From contig JAWWOW010000005.1 in the NCBI GenBank assembly GCA_033851265.1, positions 302,972 to 366,971 of the forward strand: a stretch of 64,000 nucleotides of DNA, written 5' to 3'. The notes beneath the pieces are model-generated. The model searched no databases, was not told where the DNA came from, and worked only from the letters and a program-made list of their open reading frames with translations. Numbering within the stretch: the first letter of the stretch is position 1; each line of letters starts with the position of its first letter. Positions 47,593-57,410 of the stretch are shown here, piece by piece. The stretch is from Frankiales bacterium (lineage in GTDB: Bacteria; Actinomycetota; Actinomycetes; JAWWOW01). The translations under genes were made by a program, and so were the position numbers.

Positions 47593-47689
47593 CGCGATTC
47601 CTTCCGGCCAGGTACCTGCCGACCCATCGCGACGTCGACGGGTCAGCCCACGCTCAAAGGTTCGCCAGGTATGGCTTGGCTCCGCGTTG

Positions 47690-47763
47690 CGCGCCCGGCA
47701 GGGGTCGAACCTGCGACCTGCCGCTTAGAAGGCGGCTGCTCTGTCCAGCTGAGCTACGGGCGC
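47690..47763 (-). tRNA. tRNA-Arg (anticodon UCU)
   Basis: Reverse-strand. Acceptor GCGCCCG/CGGGCGC. Anticodon arm GCCGC-CTTCTAA-GCGGC. T-arm GCAGG-TTCGACC-CCTGC. Discriminator G. No encoded CCA. Confidence 0.8.
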
Positions 47764-47807
47764 CCGAGGATCAGTGAGCACCGATCACTGTAGGGCGAGG
47801 CGCTGGA

Positions 47808-48293
47808 TCAGCGTCTGGCGCGACGGGCGGTCAGCGAGGCTGCACCGAGCAGCACGAGCGCGGCAATCGGTACGCCGATCGGCAACCCGGTGTTCGGCAT
47901 CTGCGGCGTACCGGCCGTGGTCCCGCCGCCGCTGCCACCTGACCCACCGGAGCCGCCCGATCCACCGCTGCCGCTGCCAGAGCCGGAACCACCAGAGCTA
48001 CCCGACCCGCCGGGAGTGCTCGGCGGGCTGGTCGGGGTCTTCGGGCCCTGCGTGACCGTTGGCTCCGGGCTCGGCGACTCCGTCTCGGACGGCGACGGGG
48101 AGGCCGTCGCGTTGGGCGCGGCCGACGATTTCTTGTTGTCGTCGTGCTTGACGATCGCGGTCGCGACGCCACCGATCATGAGCAGCACAAGAAGAGCAGC
48201 GAGCATGCCAACAAATTGCCGCTCCGGACGGGCCACGCGCCCAAGTCCACCATTCATGGCCCCTCTATGCCCAAACGGCGCGCCGTATCCCAA
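47808..48293 (-). CDS. Gly/Ser/Pro-rich surface protein with N-terminal TM/signal and C-terminal sorting-signal-like tail
   Basis: N-terminal hydrophobic FVGMLAALLVLLMIGGVATAIV. (GSG)n low-complexity middle. C-terminal MPNTG + hydrophobic stretch + RRARR, an LPXTG-like tripartite signal. Confidence 0.55.
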   Translation of the reverse strand: MGYGAPFGHRGAMNGGLGRVARPERQFVGMLAALLVLLMIGGVATAIVKHDDNKKSSAAPNATASPSPSETESPSPEPTVTQGPKTPTSPPSTPGGSGSSGGSGSGSGSGGSGGSGGSGGSGGGTTAGTPQMPNTGLPIGVPIAALVLLGAASLTARRARR

Positions 48294-48337
48294 CGGGGTA
48301 AGTGGTGGACATCACGCCTGACGCGCGGGGAGTAGAC

Positions 48338-50794
48338 CTACTCGGCCACCTGCGGGAGCACCGCGAGCCTGGCCCGACGCGGTTGGGGGACCCCGCGGGA
48401 CCGATTGCCGACCGGATCGCCCGTCGCCAATGCCGTTCGAACCGTCGCCGCCGGGGCCGGCATCCCGAGATGGAAGCCCTGCGCCAGATCACAGCCCAGG
48501 TCAGCGAGGCGATCCCGCAGCGGGCCCGACTCGACGCCTTCGGCGACGACCCGCAGTCCCAGCCCGTGCGCCAGCTCGATCGTGGCCCGAACGATGGCGA
48601 AGTCGCCGGCGGATCCCAACATGCCGGAGACGAACGAGCGATCGATCTTGACCTCGTTCACCGAGATGCGTTGGAGGAGCGCAAGCGACGAGTAGCCCGT
48701 GCCGAAGTCGTCGACGCTGAGCTCGACACCTAACCGGCGAAGCGAGGCGAGCACATCTTCGACAACATCAAGCTCGCTCATCATCGTCGTCTCGGTGATC
48801 TCGAGGACGAGATTCTCGGCGGGCAGACCGTGCCGCGCGAGCACGCGGTGCACGTCGTCGGGGAGCTGGCGATCGAGCAGGTTCCGCGCCGACAGATTGA
48901 CTGCAACTGAGAGCGGTGACCCGGTGCGATGCCACTGCGCGCATTCCGCGACGGCTCGGTCAAGCACCCGCATTGCGAACTGACGGACCAGACCGGACTG
49001 CTCAGCGACCGCGACGAACTCCGACGGGGCCAGCAGCCCCCGGGTCGGGTGCTGCCAACGGACGAGCGCCTCGTAGCCCACGACGGTGTCAGTCAGGAGA
49101 TCGATCTGCGGTTGGAAGTACGTAACGAGTTCGTCGCGCTCGATCGCGGCGTGCAGCTCAGCCACGAGCGCCAATCGGTCGAGGTTGGAAGCGTCACGGT
49201 TGGGGTCGTAACGCCGCCAATGGCCACGCTCGTCCTTGGCCTGATACATCGCGATGTCTGCGCGTTGCAGCAGTTCCTCGACGCTCCCGCCGTCTTCCGG
49301 GTAGCACGCGACCCCCATGCTGCCTTCGATCGACAGTCGCATGCCTTCGAACGTCACGGGGTCCGTGAGCGCCGAGAGCAGGTTTTCGGCTGCGATCGAC
49401 GCGGCGATTCCGCCGGACAGGCCCGGCAGCAGTACGCCGAACTCATCACCACCGAGTCGCGCGATGGTCGCACCGGCCGGTACCGCGTTACGTAGTCGGT
49501 TTGCCAAGTTGCGCAGGAGCTCATCACCGGCGGCGTGCCCGAGCGTGTCGTTGATCTCTTTGAAGTGGTCGAGATCGAGCAACAACAGAGCAACGGTTGT
49601 CCCACTCAGCTGCGCATCATCGAGCGCAGCTGCGGTTTTGGTCAGCAGCAGACCACGACTGGACAAACCCGTGAGCGCGTCATGCGCCGCCTCGTGCGCA
49701 GCGCGCGCGGCCTGCCGCTGCACCGCCGAGTGCAGCCGCGCGTTGACGAGCGTTGTGCTGACCGTCCCGGCGTACGTCGTCAGCACCTGAATCTCGCGCT
49801 TTGACAACTTGCCGGTATCACCGAGCCCGACGCGCAGCGCACCGAGGACGCCGTCGGGGCTGGTGAGATGTGCCATCGCGCACGTCTCAGCCATCATCGG
49901 CTCTCCTGCGGACGGCTGCTCACCCAGGCGATGCGTCACCGAACGACCGGCGTCAGTCAGCACCAACTCGACCCACGCGGCCTGAAACAACGCTTTCGCA
50001 TGCCGGAGTGCGGCCTGGGCAACGGCTTCCTCGTCGAGTTGGTTGAGGTCCTTCGTCGCCGTCTCGAGCTGACGCCAGTAGTTCACATCGCGCGATGCGC
50101 CGAGGTAGCCGCGGTACACGGCGTACAGCAGAGCGAGGATCGGTGGGAGTACGGCGAGCGCCGGTGGCGCCCAGCGCGCCATCACCACGATCGCGACTCC
50201 TGCGGCGATGTTCGCCGCCCCCACCGATGTGCGGAAGACGACACCCGCTGCGTAGACGTCGCGGATCCGTCGACCTGCTGCCAGTGCCACGACGGTTGCG
50301 GTGGCGGCGCCGTTCCACGCCCAGAAGACAACGAGCGCTGCGGCGATCGACGCAACGTCGGACGGCGAAATCGTACTGACGGTCGTTGGACCGCTGGTTT
50401 GCATGACCAGTGCGGCTAAGGCGCTACCAATCACGAAGGACGACGCGTTGAACACGGTCTTGAGCCACGATCGGCCACGCAGGACGTGCGCCACGATCAC
50501 CGCGAGCCCCGCTAGCGGGAGCACGTATGACCACGGAAGTAGCAGCAGCGCGACGGCAAGCATTGCCTCGGCGAACGTCACTGACTCGGCCTCCGCGCCG
50601 GTCCGAATGTCCACGAGGGCGGAGTCGGCCAACAGCAGAGCTAGCAGCGCGATGACGAGATGTGACGTGCGCGGGCTGGTCACGGACGACGCATGTACGA
50701 CCGCGACGCTGACGAGGGTCACGGCGACGACAGCGACGCCAGCCACCGTTAGCAGCAGGTGTTGCCGCGTCCAGGACGAACCCGGTGGCGTCAC
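48338..50794 (-). CDS. Membrane-anchored GGDEF-EAL protein (diguanylate cyclase/phosphodiesterase) with multi-TM and GAF-like sensor region
   Basis: About 8 N-terminal TM helices. RLGGDEFGV GGDEF motif. EALVRW EAL motif plus DDFGTGYSSL. Start overlaps the S8 protease stop. Confidence 0.9.
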   Translation of the reverse strand: MTPPGSSWTRQHLLLTVAGVAVVAVTLVSVAVVHASSVTSPRTSHLVIALLALLLADSALVDIRTGAEAESVTFAEAMLAVALLLLPWSYVLPLAGLAVIVAHVLRGRSWLKTVFNASSFVIGSALAALVMQTSGPTTVSTISPSDVASIAAALVVFWAWNGAATATVVALAAGRRIRDVYAAGVVFRTSVGAANIAAGVAIVVMARWAPPALAVLPPILALLYAVYRGYLGASRDVNYWRQLETATKDLNQLDEEAVAQAALRHAKALFQAAWVELVLTDAGRSVTHRLGEQPSAGEPMMAETCAMAHLTSPDGVLGALRVGLGDTGKLSKREIQVLTTYAGTVSTTLVNARLHSAVQRQAARAAHEAAHDALTGLSSRGLLLTKTAAALDDAQLSGTTVALLLLDLDHFKEINDTLGHAAGDELLRNLANRLRNAVPAGATIARLGGDEFGVLLPGLSGGIAASIAAENLLSALTDPVTFEGMRLSIEGSMGVACYPEDGGSVEELLQRADIAMYQAKDERGHWRRYDPNRDASNLDRLALVAELHAAIERDELVTYFQPQIDLLTDTVVGYEALVRWQHPTRGLLAPSEFVAVAEQSGLVRQFAMRVLDRAVAECAQWHRTGSPLSVAVNLSARNLLDRQLPDDVHRVLARHGLPAENLVLEITETTMMSELDVVEDVLASLRRLGVELSVDDFGTGYSSLALLQRISVNEVKIDRSFVSGMLGSAGDFAIVRATIELAHGLGLRVVAEGVESGPLRDRLADLGCDLAQGFHLGMPAPAATVRTALATGDPVGNRSRGVPQPRRARLAVLPQVAE

Positions 50795-52731
50795 GGCACA
50801 GCGCTCGTGATCGTGCCTACGTCGGCGGTCGCTTCACCGAGGACCGGCTTCCACCATGGCGGTGCATCGCCCCAGAACGCGGTGAGGAACTGCGCCTCAC
50901 CGACACCGAAGAACAACGTGCTCGTCCACGTCGTGCCCGTCCAGGTGGTACCCGTCCAGGTGGTACCTGTCCACGTCGTCCCCGTCCAGGCGGTGCCGCC
51001 CTGCCACGCCCCACCGAGCCACTCGCCGCCTGTCCACGTCGTGCCTGTCCACGTTGCGGGCGTCCAGGCTTGCGACGTCCACGTCGTGCCGGTCCAGCTG
51101 TCGCCCGTCCAGGTCGTGCCGACCCACGCGCTGCTGTCCCAAGGTTCGCAGCGGACGTCGATCTCGCCAGTCACGACCGTCGTGGTGCCGCTGCATTGCG
51201 CCAGCACGTGAACGCCACCGCGGCTGCCTTCGATCGAGCCGGTGCCGGAGGACGCCGGTTGCTGGCGCGGTGCTGCGGCGGCGCTGGCCGTGAGGGCTCG
51301 CGTGAGATGCAGGCGGCCGGTCCCGACCTGGTTCGCTGAGAAGTTGTCCAGTGGGTGGGCGGCGGCTCGCAGCAGGTACTTCACTTCGTCGGGCGTTAGG
51401 TCGGGGCGCTGGGCGAGCAGCAGCGCGGCAACACCCGACGCGACAGCGGTGGCTTCCGACGTACCGGACCCGCGGATGTAACTCGGCCCAATGAGCGCAC
51501 TCGGGTTCGCTTGCTCGACTGTCGAGCCGAAAGACCGCGCGGCGATCAAGCGGCGACCTGGTGAAACGAGGTCGGGCTTGGTCACACCATCCGCTGTGGG
51601 GCCTCGCGACGACCAGACCGGCAGGACGTCGTCGGTGTCGTCCTCGTCGTTGCGGTCGTTGTAGGCGCCGACTGTCAGCACCATCGGGTCGTCGGCCGGT
51701 TTCACGATGCTGCCGGCGAACGGTCCGGAGTTACCAGCGGCAGCGACGACGACGATGCCGAGGCGCCACAGCCGTTCGACCGCGTGATTGACCGGATCGA
51801 CCGACGGGCTTTGCGTTGACGGCACGCCCCACGAGAGGTTGAGCACACGGATGTTGAACTGCGTGCGGTACGCCGCCACCCAGTGCATGGCTTGCAGCAC
51901 TGTCGTCACGTCGACCGAGCCATCACGCCCGGCGACCTTGACTGCCACGACGTTCGCGCGCGGTGCGACTCCGGTGTAGGGCCGTTGCGCCCCGCTGTCC
52001 GCGCCATTCCCAGCAATGAGCCCGGCCATCACGGTGCCGTGTCCGTACGTGTCGACACTCGTGCCCTCGCCGGACAGATCCGGACCGTGGACGATCCGAC
52101 CCGCTAGGTCATTGACGTCGGACACACCGGTATCGATCAGGGCGACGCCCACGCCGGCGCCTTGATTGCCATTGGCCCAAGCGGTCCTGGCACCGGTGCT
52201 CCCGACAAATGATGACGCCGATCGCTCCTTGTCACCCCGGTCGGCGGAGTCGCTGCTCTTCTTGTCGGGCTTGCCCTTGTCCTTTTCCTTGTCGTTGTTC
52301 CGGTCGCCTTTGTCGTTGTTGCGATCGCCGTTGTCGCGACGGTCGTCGATAGGCCAACTTGTCAGCTGCACTTTGCGGTCGGCCGTCACCGCGAGTACGG
52401 CGGAATCCATCGCCAAGGGACGCAGTGCGTTCGCGCGTACGGTGGCTGCGACACCATCGACGATGGCGAGATGCGCGCGGACGACACCGCCCGCACGGCG
52501 TACCGCGTCTGCCGCAGACTCGGTCGTCCCGTCCGTGGCCGTCACGATGACGCGACTCAGACCTGCTCCACTCGTCGCTAGCCCCGGGTCGAGGTGCGTG
52601 ACGTGCTCGCGGGACGCGGTTTGTGCAGCAGCAGTTGCAACACCTGTTGTTGGGCCAATGACGAGCAGCGCTGTGGCGAGGACGAACCCACATACACGCC
52701 GTCGTGTCAGCCCCACCATGTGTTGGGTCAT
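50791..52731 (-). CDS. Subtilisin-like serine protease (S8) with I9-like propeptide, Lys/Asp-rich insert and C-terminal (TTWTG)n repeat domain
   Basis: Signal peptide. Catalytic D (ALIDTGVSD), H (HGTVMAG), S (GTSEATAVASG). Insert DRRDNGDRNNDKGDRNNDKEKDKGKPDKK. C-terminal WTGTTWTGTTWTGTTWTGTTWT. Confidence 0.9.
   Translation of the reverse strand: MTQHMVGLTRRRVCGFVLATALLVIGPTTGVATAAAQTASREHVTHLDPGLATSGAGLSRVIVTATDGTTESAADAVRRAGGVVRAHLAIVDGVAATVRANALRPLAMDSAVLAVTADRKVQLTSWPIDDRRDNGDRNNDKGDRNNDKEKDKGKPDKKSSDSADRGDKERSASSFVGSTGARTAWANGNQGAGVGVALIDTGVSDVNDLAGRIVHGPDLSGEGTSVDTYGHGTVMAGLIAGNGADSGAQRPYTGVAPRANVVAVKVAGRDGSVDVTTVLQAMHWVAAYRTQFNIRVLNLSWGVPSTQSPSVDPVNHAVERLWRLGIVVVAAAGNSGPFAGSIVKPADDPMVLTVGAYNDRNDEDDTDDVLPVWSSRGPTADGVTKPDLVSPGRRLIAARSFGSTVEQANPSALIGPSYIRGSGTSEATAVASGVAALLLAQRPDLTPDEVKYLLRAAAHPLDNFSANQVGTGRLHLTRALTASAAAAPRQQPASSGTGSIEGSRGGVHVLAQCSGTTTVVTGEIDVRCEPWDSSAWVGTTWTGDSWTGTTWTSQAWTPATWTGTTWTGGEWLGGAWQGGTAWTGTTWTGTTWTGTTWTGTTWTSTLFFGVGEAQFLTAFWGDAPPWWKPVLGEATADVGTITSAVP
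50915..51140 (-). repeat. Tandem ~15-nt coding repeats encoding (T-T-W-T-G)n pentapeptide units
   Basis: Plus strand shows reiterated gtccaggtggtaccc / gtccacgtcgtgccc units. About 13 pentapeptide copies in the protein. Confidence 0.7.
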
Positions 52732-53024
52732 GGCCGGTCCTCCGGAAAAGGGTCACTTTCCGTGCGGGTCTGAATGCTCTGTGTACGACACTCGCTGAAC
52801 AATGGCCCGCAGGTAGTCCGTTCGGGCCATTTCTGACAGCGATGTGTCCGGTTGCGACCAGTCACATCACCACTCGTTCGGGCTGCCCCATTGGGGTGAC
52901 ACATGGCCGATCTGGACTACTCCTCACCATCCACAGATCCACAATTCGTCTCCGCTGAGGCAATTGCGTGGCCTCACCCTGTACGACGGCGGCGCAGTGC
53001 CGCCCTCACTCGTCGGAGGTCTTG

Positions 53025-53510
53025 ATGAACTACGCGATCGTCACGTTCACCGGTTACGTCGCAACCAACCCAGAGCTTCGTACGACGACGACAGGCAAGA
53101 CGGTCGCGAGTTTTCGCGTCGCAACGACCGAACGCCGTTTCGATCGGCCGAGCGGCAAGTACATCGAAGGGGCCACCACGTTCTACACCGTCACTTGCTG
53201 GGCCTGGGTCGCCGAACGCGCGGTGAAGTGCCTCAAGACCGGCGACGGCGTCATCGTTTCCGGGCGACTGGCCGAGAAGAGCTACACACGACGGGATGGC
53301 AGTGGCGTGACTACCTACCTCGAGGTCGAAGTCGACGCGATCGGACCGGACCTCTTCAAGACCGACGTCGAAGTGCAACGTCGGCCTCGCCCGGACGAGG
53401 CGGCTTCGGCAGATGCGGCGCCGGCAGAGTCGACCGAGGTGCCTGCGCCCGCTGTCGCGCGCGACCCGTGGGCGAGGCCCCTCGGCCAGCGGGAGGAGCC
53501 CGCGGCCTGA
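53025..53510 (+). CDS. ssb: Single-stranded DNA-binding protein paralog
   Basis: ATG after CGGAGG. OB-fold N-terminus MNYAIVTFTGYVATNPELRTTTTGKTVASFRVATTER. Acidic and Pro-rich C-terminal tail. Confidence 0.85.
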   Translation: MNYAIVTFTGYVATNPELRTTTTGKTVASFRVATTERRFDRPSGKYIEGATTFYTVTCWAWVAERAVKCLKTGDGVIVSGRLAEKSYTRRDGSGVTTYLEVEVDAIGPDLFKTDVEVQRRPRPDEAASADAAPAESTEVPAPAVARDPWARPLGQREEPAA

Positions 53511-53542
53511 GGTGGCGGCCGGTTGCGCCGTAGTCTGGATGT

Positions 53543-55227
<1,685 letters not shown>

Positions 55228-55228
<1 letters not shown>

Positions 55229-55638
55229 TGCCGTTCACGTGGGACGTACACGTCCGCTTCAACGACTGCGACGGCATGCGGCACGTCAATAACGCGGTCT
55301 ATCTGACCTACCTCGAGGACGCGCGGATCGCATTCTTCCAGGCGCTCGACACCAAGGATGGCAAGGGATTCTTCGGTCGCGGCATCATCGTTGCTCGGAT
55401 GGAGGTCGACTACGTCAAGCCGGCACTGTTCGGGCACGGCTCGATCCAGGTGACTGTTGACATCCAATCGATCGGGCGCAGGTCATGGCGCATGGGCTAC
55501 GTCCTCCGCCAAGGAAACGACGAGGTCGCCCGCGCCGTTGGCGTGATGGTTGCGTATGACTACAAGCAGCAGGTCTCGCGCCCACTGGACGACGTGGAGC
55601 GCGCCGCCCTCGAGGAGCACCTGAGCCCGGTCGCATGA
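55228..55638 (+). CDS. Acyl-CoA thioesterase, 4HBT/YbgC-like hot-dog fold
   Basis: GTG overlapping the ettA stop. WDVHVRFNDCDGMRHVNNAVYLTYLEDAR is a typical 4HBT N-terminus. Confidence 0.85.
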
Positions 55639-55672
55639 CGCATACTGAAGCCAACGGCGAGAGGACATCGTC

Positions 55673-55849
55673 ATGACCGAGCCGACGCAGGACACTGTGG
55701 CTGAGGAGCGACGCAAGAAATACGGCGCGCTGCCCGCTCGGGTCGAGCCGAAGGACATGATCGAGACCAAGCAAACCGAACCCCCGAACGCACCGGAGAT
55801 CGGCGACCCCTCGCAGCGCGAATTCATGCGCACCGCGGGAATCGGCTGA
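55673..55849 (+). CDS. Small hypothetical protein (58 aa), absent from the ORF track
   Basis: ATG 8 nt after GAGAGGA. MTEPTQDTVAEERRKKYGALPARVEPKDMIETKQTEPPNAPEIGDPSQREFMRTAGIG. Stop abuts the convergent glbO stop. Confidence 0.4.
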   Translation: MTEPTQDTVAEERRKKYGALPARVEPKDMIETKQTEPPNAPEIGDPSQREFMRTAGIG

Positions 55850-56254
55850 CTAAGACTCCTGGTCGAACGTGTTGACCATCGAGTGTGCGGCCATCGTCAG
55901 GTAGTCCCAGAGAATCGCTTCGTGTTCGGGTGGCAGGGCGACCTCATCGAGCGCCTCGCGCATTCGCGCTAGCCACGCGTCACGTTCGCGCAGACCGATC
56001 GCGAACGGCGCATGGCGCATCCGCAGGCGAGGGTGGCCGCGTTGCTCGCTGTAGGTCCGCGGGCCACCCCAGTACTGCTCCAAGAACATCCGCAGCCGCT
56101 CCGGCGCCTCCGCCCAGTCCTCGTCGGGGTAGAGCGGCCGGAGCACGGGGTCCTCTGCAACGCCTGCATAGAAGCGGTCGATCAGCCGGCGAAACGTCTC
56201 CGCTCCACCGACCGCCTCGTAGAACGTGTCTTCGCTCACCGTGTCATCAGCCAC
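55850..56254 (-). CDS. glbO: Group II truncated haemoglobin (trHbO)
   Basis: [33 protein letters not shown]...[25 protein letters not shown] is a textbook trHbO signature. Confidence 0.9.
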   Translation of the reverse strand: MADDTVSEDTFYEAVGGAETFRRLIDRFYAGVAEDPVLRPLYPDEDWAEAPERLRMFLEQYWGGPRTYSEQRGHPRLRMRHAPFAIGLRERDAWLARMREALDEVALPPEHEAILWDYLTMAAHSMVNTFDQES

Positions 56255-57398
56255 GTTTTGCCGGTGTGCGCGTGCGAGCGGTCGCCTTCTTGGCTGCGGG
56301 CCGTTTGGCCGGCATGCGCTTAGTCGTGCGCTTGCGTGCCGCAGCCTTCTTGGCTGTGCTCACCGGCTCAGACGGCTCCGTTGCATTCTGCGAGTTGTCG
56401 GTGCGCATCCAGATCGTGTGTTGCTTGTAGGGGATCTCGATGCCGTGCTCATCGAAGGCCGCCTTGATGCGCTGTCGCAGCTCGCGCGCTACTTCCCACT
56501 GCGCGAGCGGCGCCGTCTTCACGACAAGACGAATCTGTACGCCGTCAACACCGAGGTCCTCGACGCCCCACACCTCAGGCTCCTGGAGCACCTTCCCGGC
56601 CCACATGGGGTCGCGCCACACGCTGTCGGCGACCTCCTTGATGACCTGCCGCGCCTCAGCGACGTCCGCGCCGTAGGCGATCGGTACGTCGAGCAACGCG
56701 CGAGACCAGCCCTGGCTCTTGTTGCCGACGCGGTTGATCTCGCCGTTGCGCGCGTACCAAACGGTGCCGTTGACGTCACGCAACCGTGTGGTGCGCAGCC
56801 CAACTGCCTCCACCGTGCCGGTCGCCTCACCGACGTCGATGACATCACCGACGCCGTACTGGTCCTCCAGGATCATGAAGATGCCGGAGAGGAAATCCTT
56901 GACGAGGTTCTGCGCGCCGAACCCGACCGCGACACCGACGATGCCGGCGCTCGCCACGATCGGTCCGAGGTTGATGCCGAGCTTGCCCAGGATCTCGATG
57001 AACGCGATCGTGAAAACGGTGATGGTGACGGTGTTGCGCAGCACCGACCCGATCGTCTCGGCCCGTTGGTGCCGTCGTTCCGGTGTCTCGACGACCACGT
57101 CGAGGTCGGCGGCTGCTTTGGCCTGGCGGCGTCCGCGCGGACGGATGGGCAGCCGTGGCGCGTCGATCGTGCGATCGATGACTCTGCTGATCGCGCGATT
57201 CAGCAACGCGCGCACGATGATCGCGACGATGATGATCAGCAAGATTTCGGAACCGACACCGATGACCGACTTGAGGATGCTCGCGGTATCCGGGTTGTCG
57301 GTCAGGTGCCGGACGATGCCGCACACGGCACCGCCTTGATCGTCACAAGGATTCTTCGTGTCGAATGGCAAGGTCGGGAGGGCGACGACCGTACTCAC
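56247..57398 (-). CDS. Mechanosensitive ion channel, MscS family
   Basis: TM region then the conserved MscS beta-domain ([38 protein letters not shown]). Basic Lys/Arg/Ala-rich C-terminus. 8-nt overlap with the glbO start. Confidence 0.9.
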   Translation of the reverse strand: MSTVVALPTLPFDTKNPCDDQGGAVCGIVRHLTDNPDTASILKSVIGVGSEILLIIIVAIIVRALLNRAISRVIDRTIDAPRLPIRPRGRRQAKAAADLDVVVETPERRHQRAETIGSVLRNTVTITVFTIAFIEILGKLGINLGPIVASAGIVGVAVGFGAQNLVKDFLSGIFMILEDQYGVGDVIDVGEATGTVEAVGLRTTRLRDVNGTVWYARNGEINRVGNKSQGWSRALLDVPIAYGADVAEARQVIKEVADSVWRDPMWAGKVLQEPEVWGVEDLGVDGVQIRLVVKTAPLAQWEVARELRQRIKAAFDEHGIEIPYKQHTIWMRTDNSQNATEPSEPVSTAKKAAARKRTTKRMPAKRPAAKKATARTRTPAKRG

Positions 57399-57410
57399 GG
57401 CGGGTCCTCC

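Noticed and set aside
50915-51140. WTG repeats as choline-binding or classical pentapeptide (A[DN]LXX) repeats
   Set aside because: Unit length (5 aa) and composition (T-T-W-T-G) do not fit the ~20-aa choline-binding repeat or the pentapeptide-repeat consensus.
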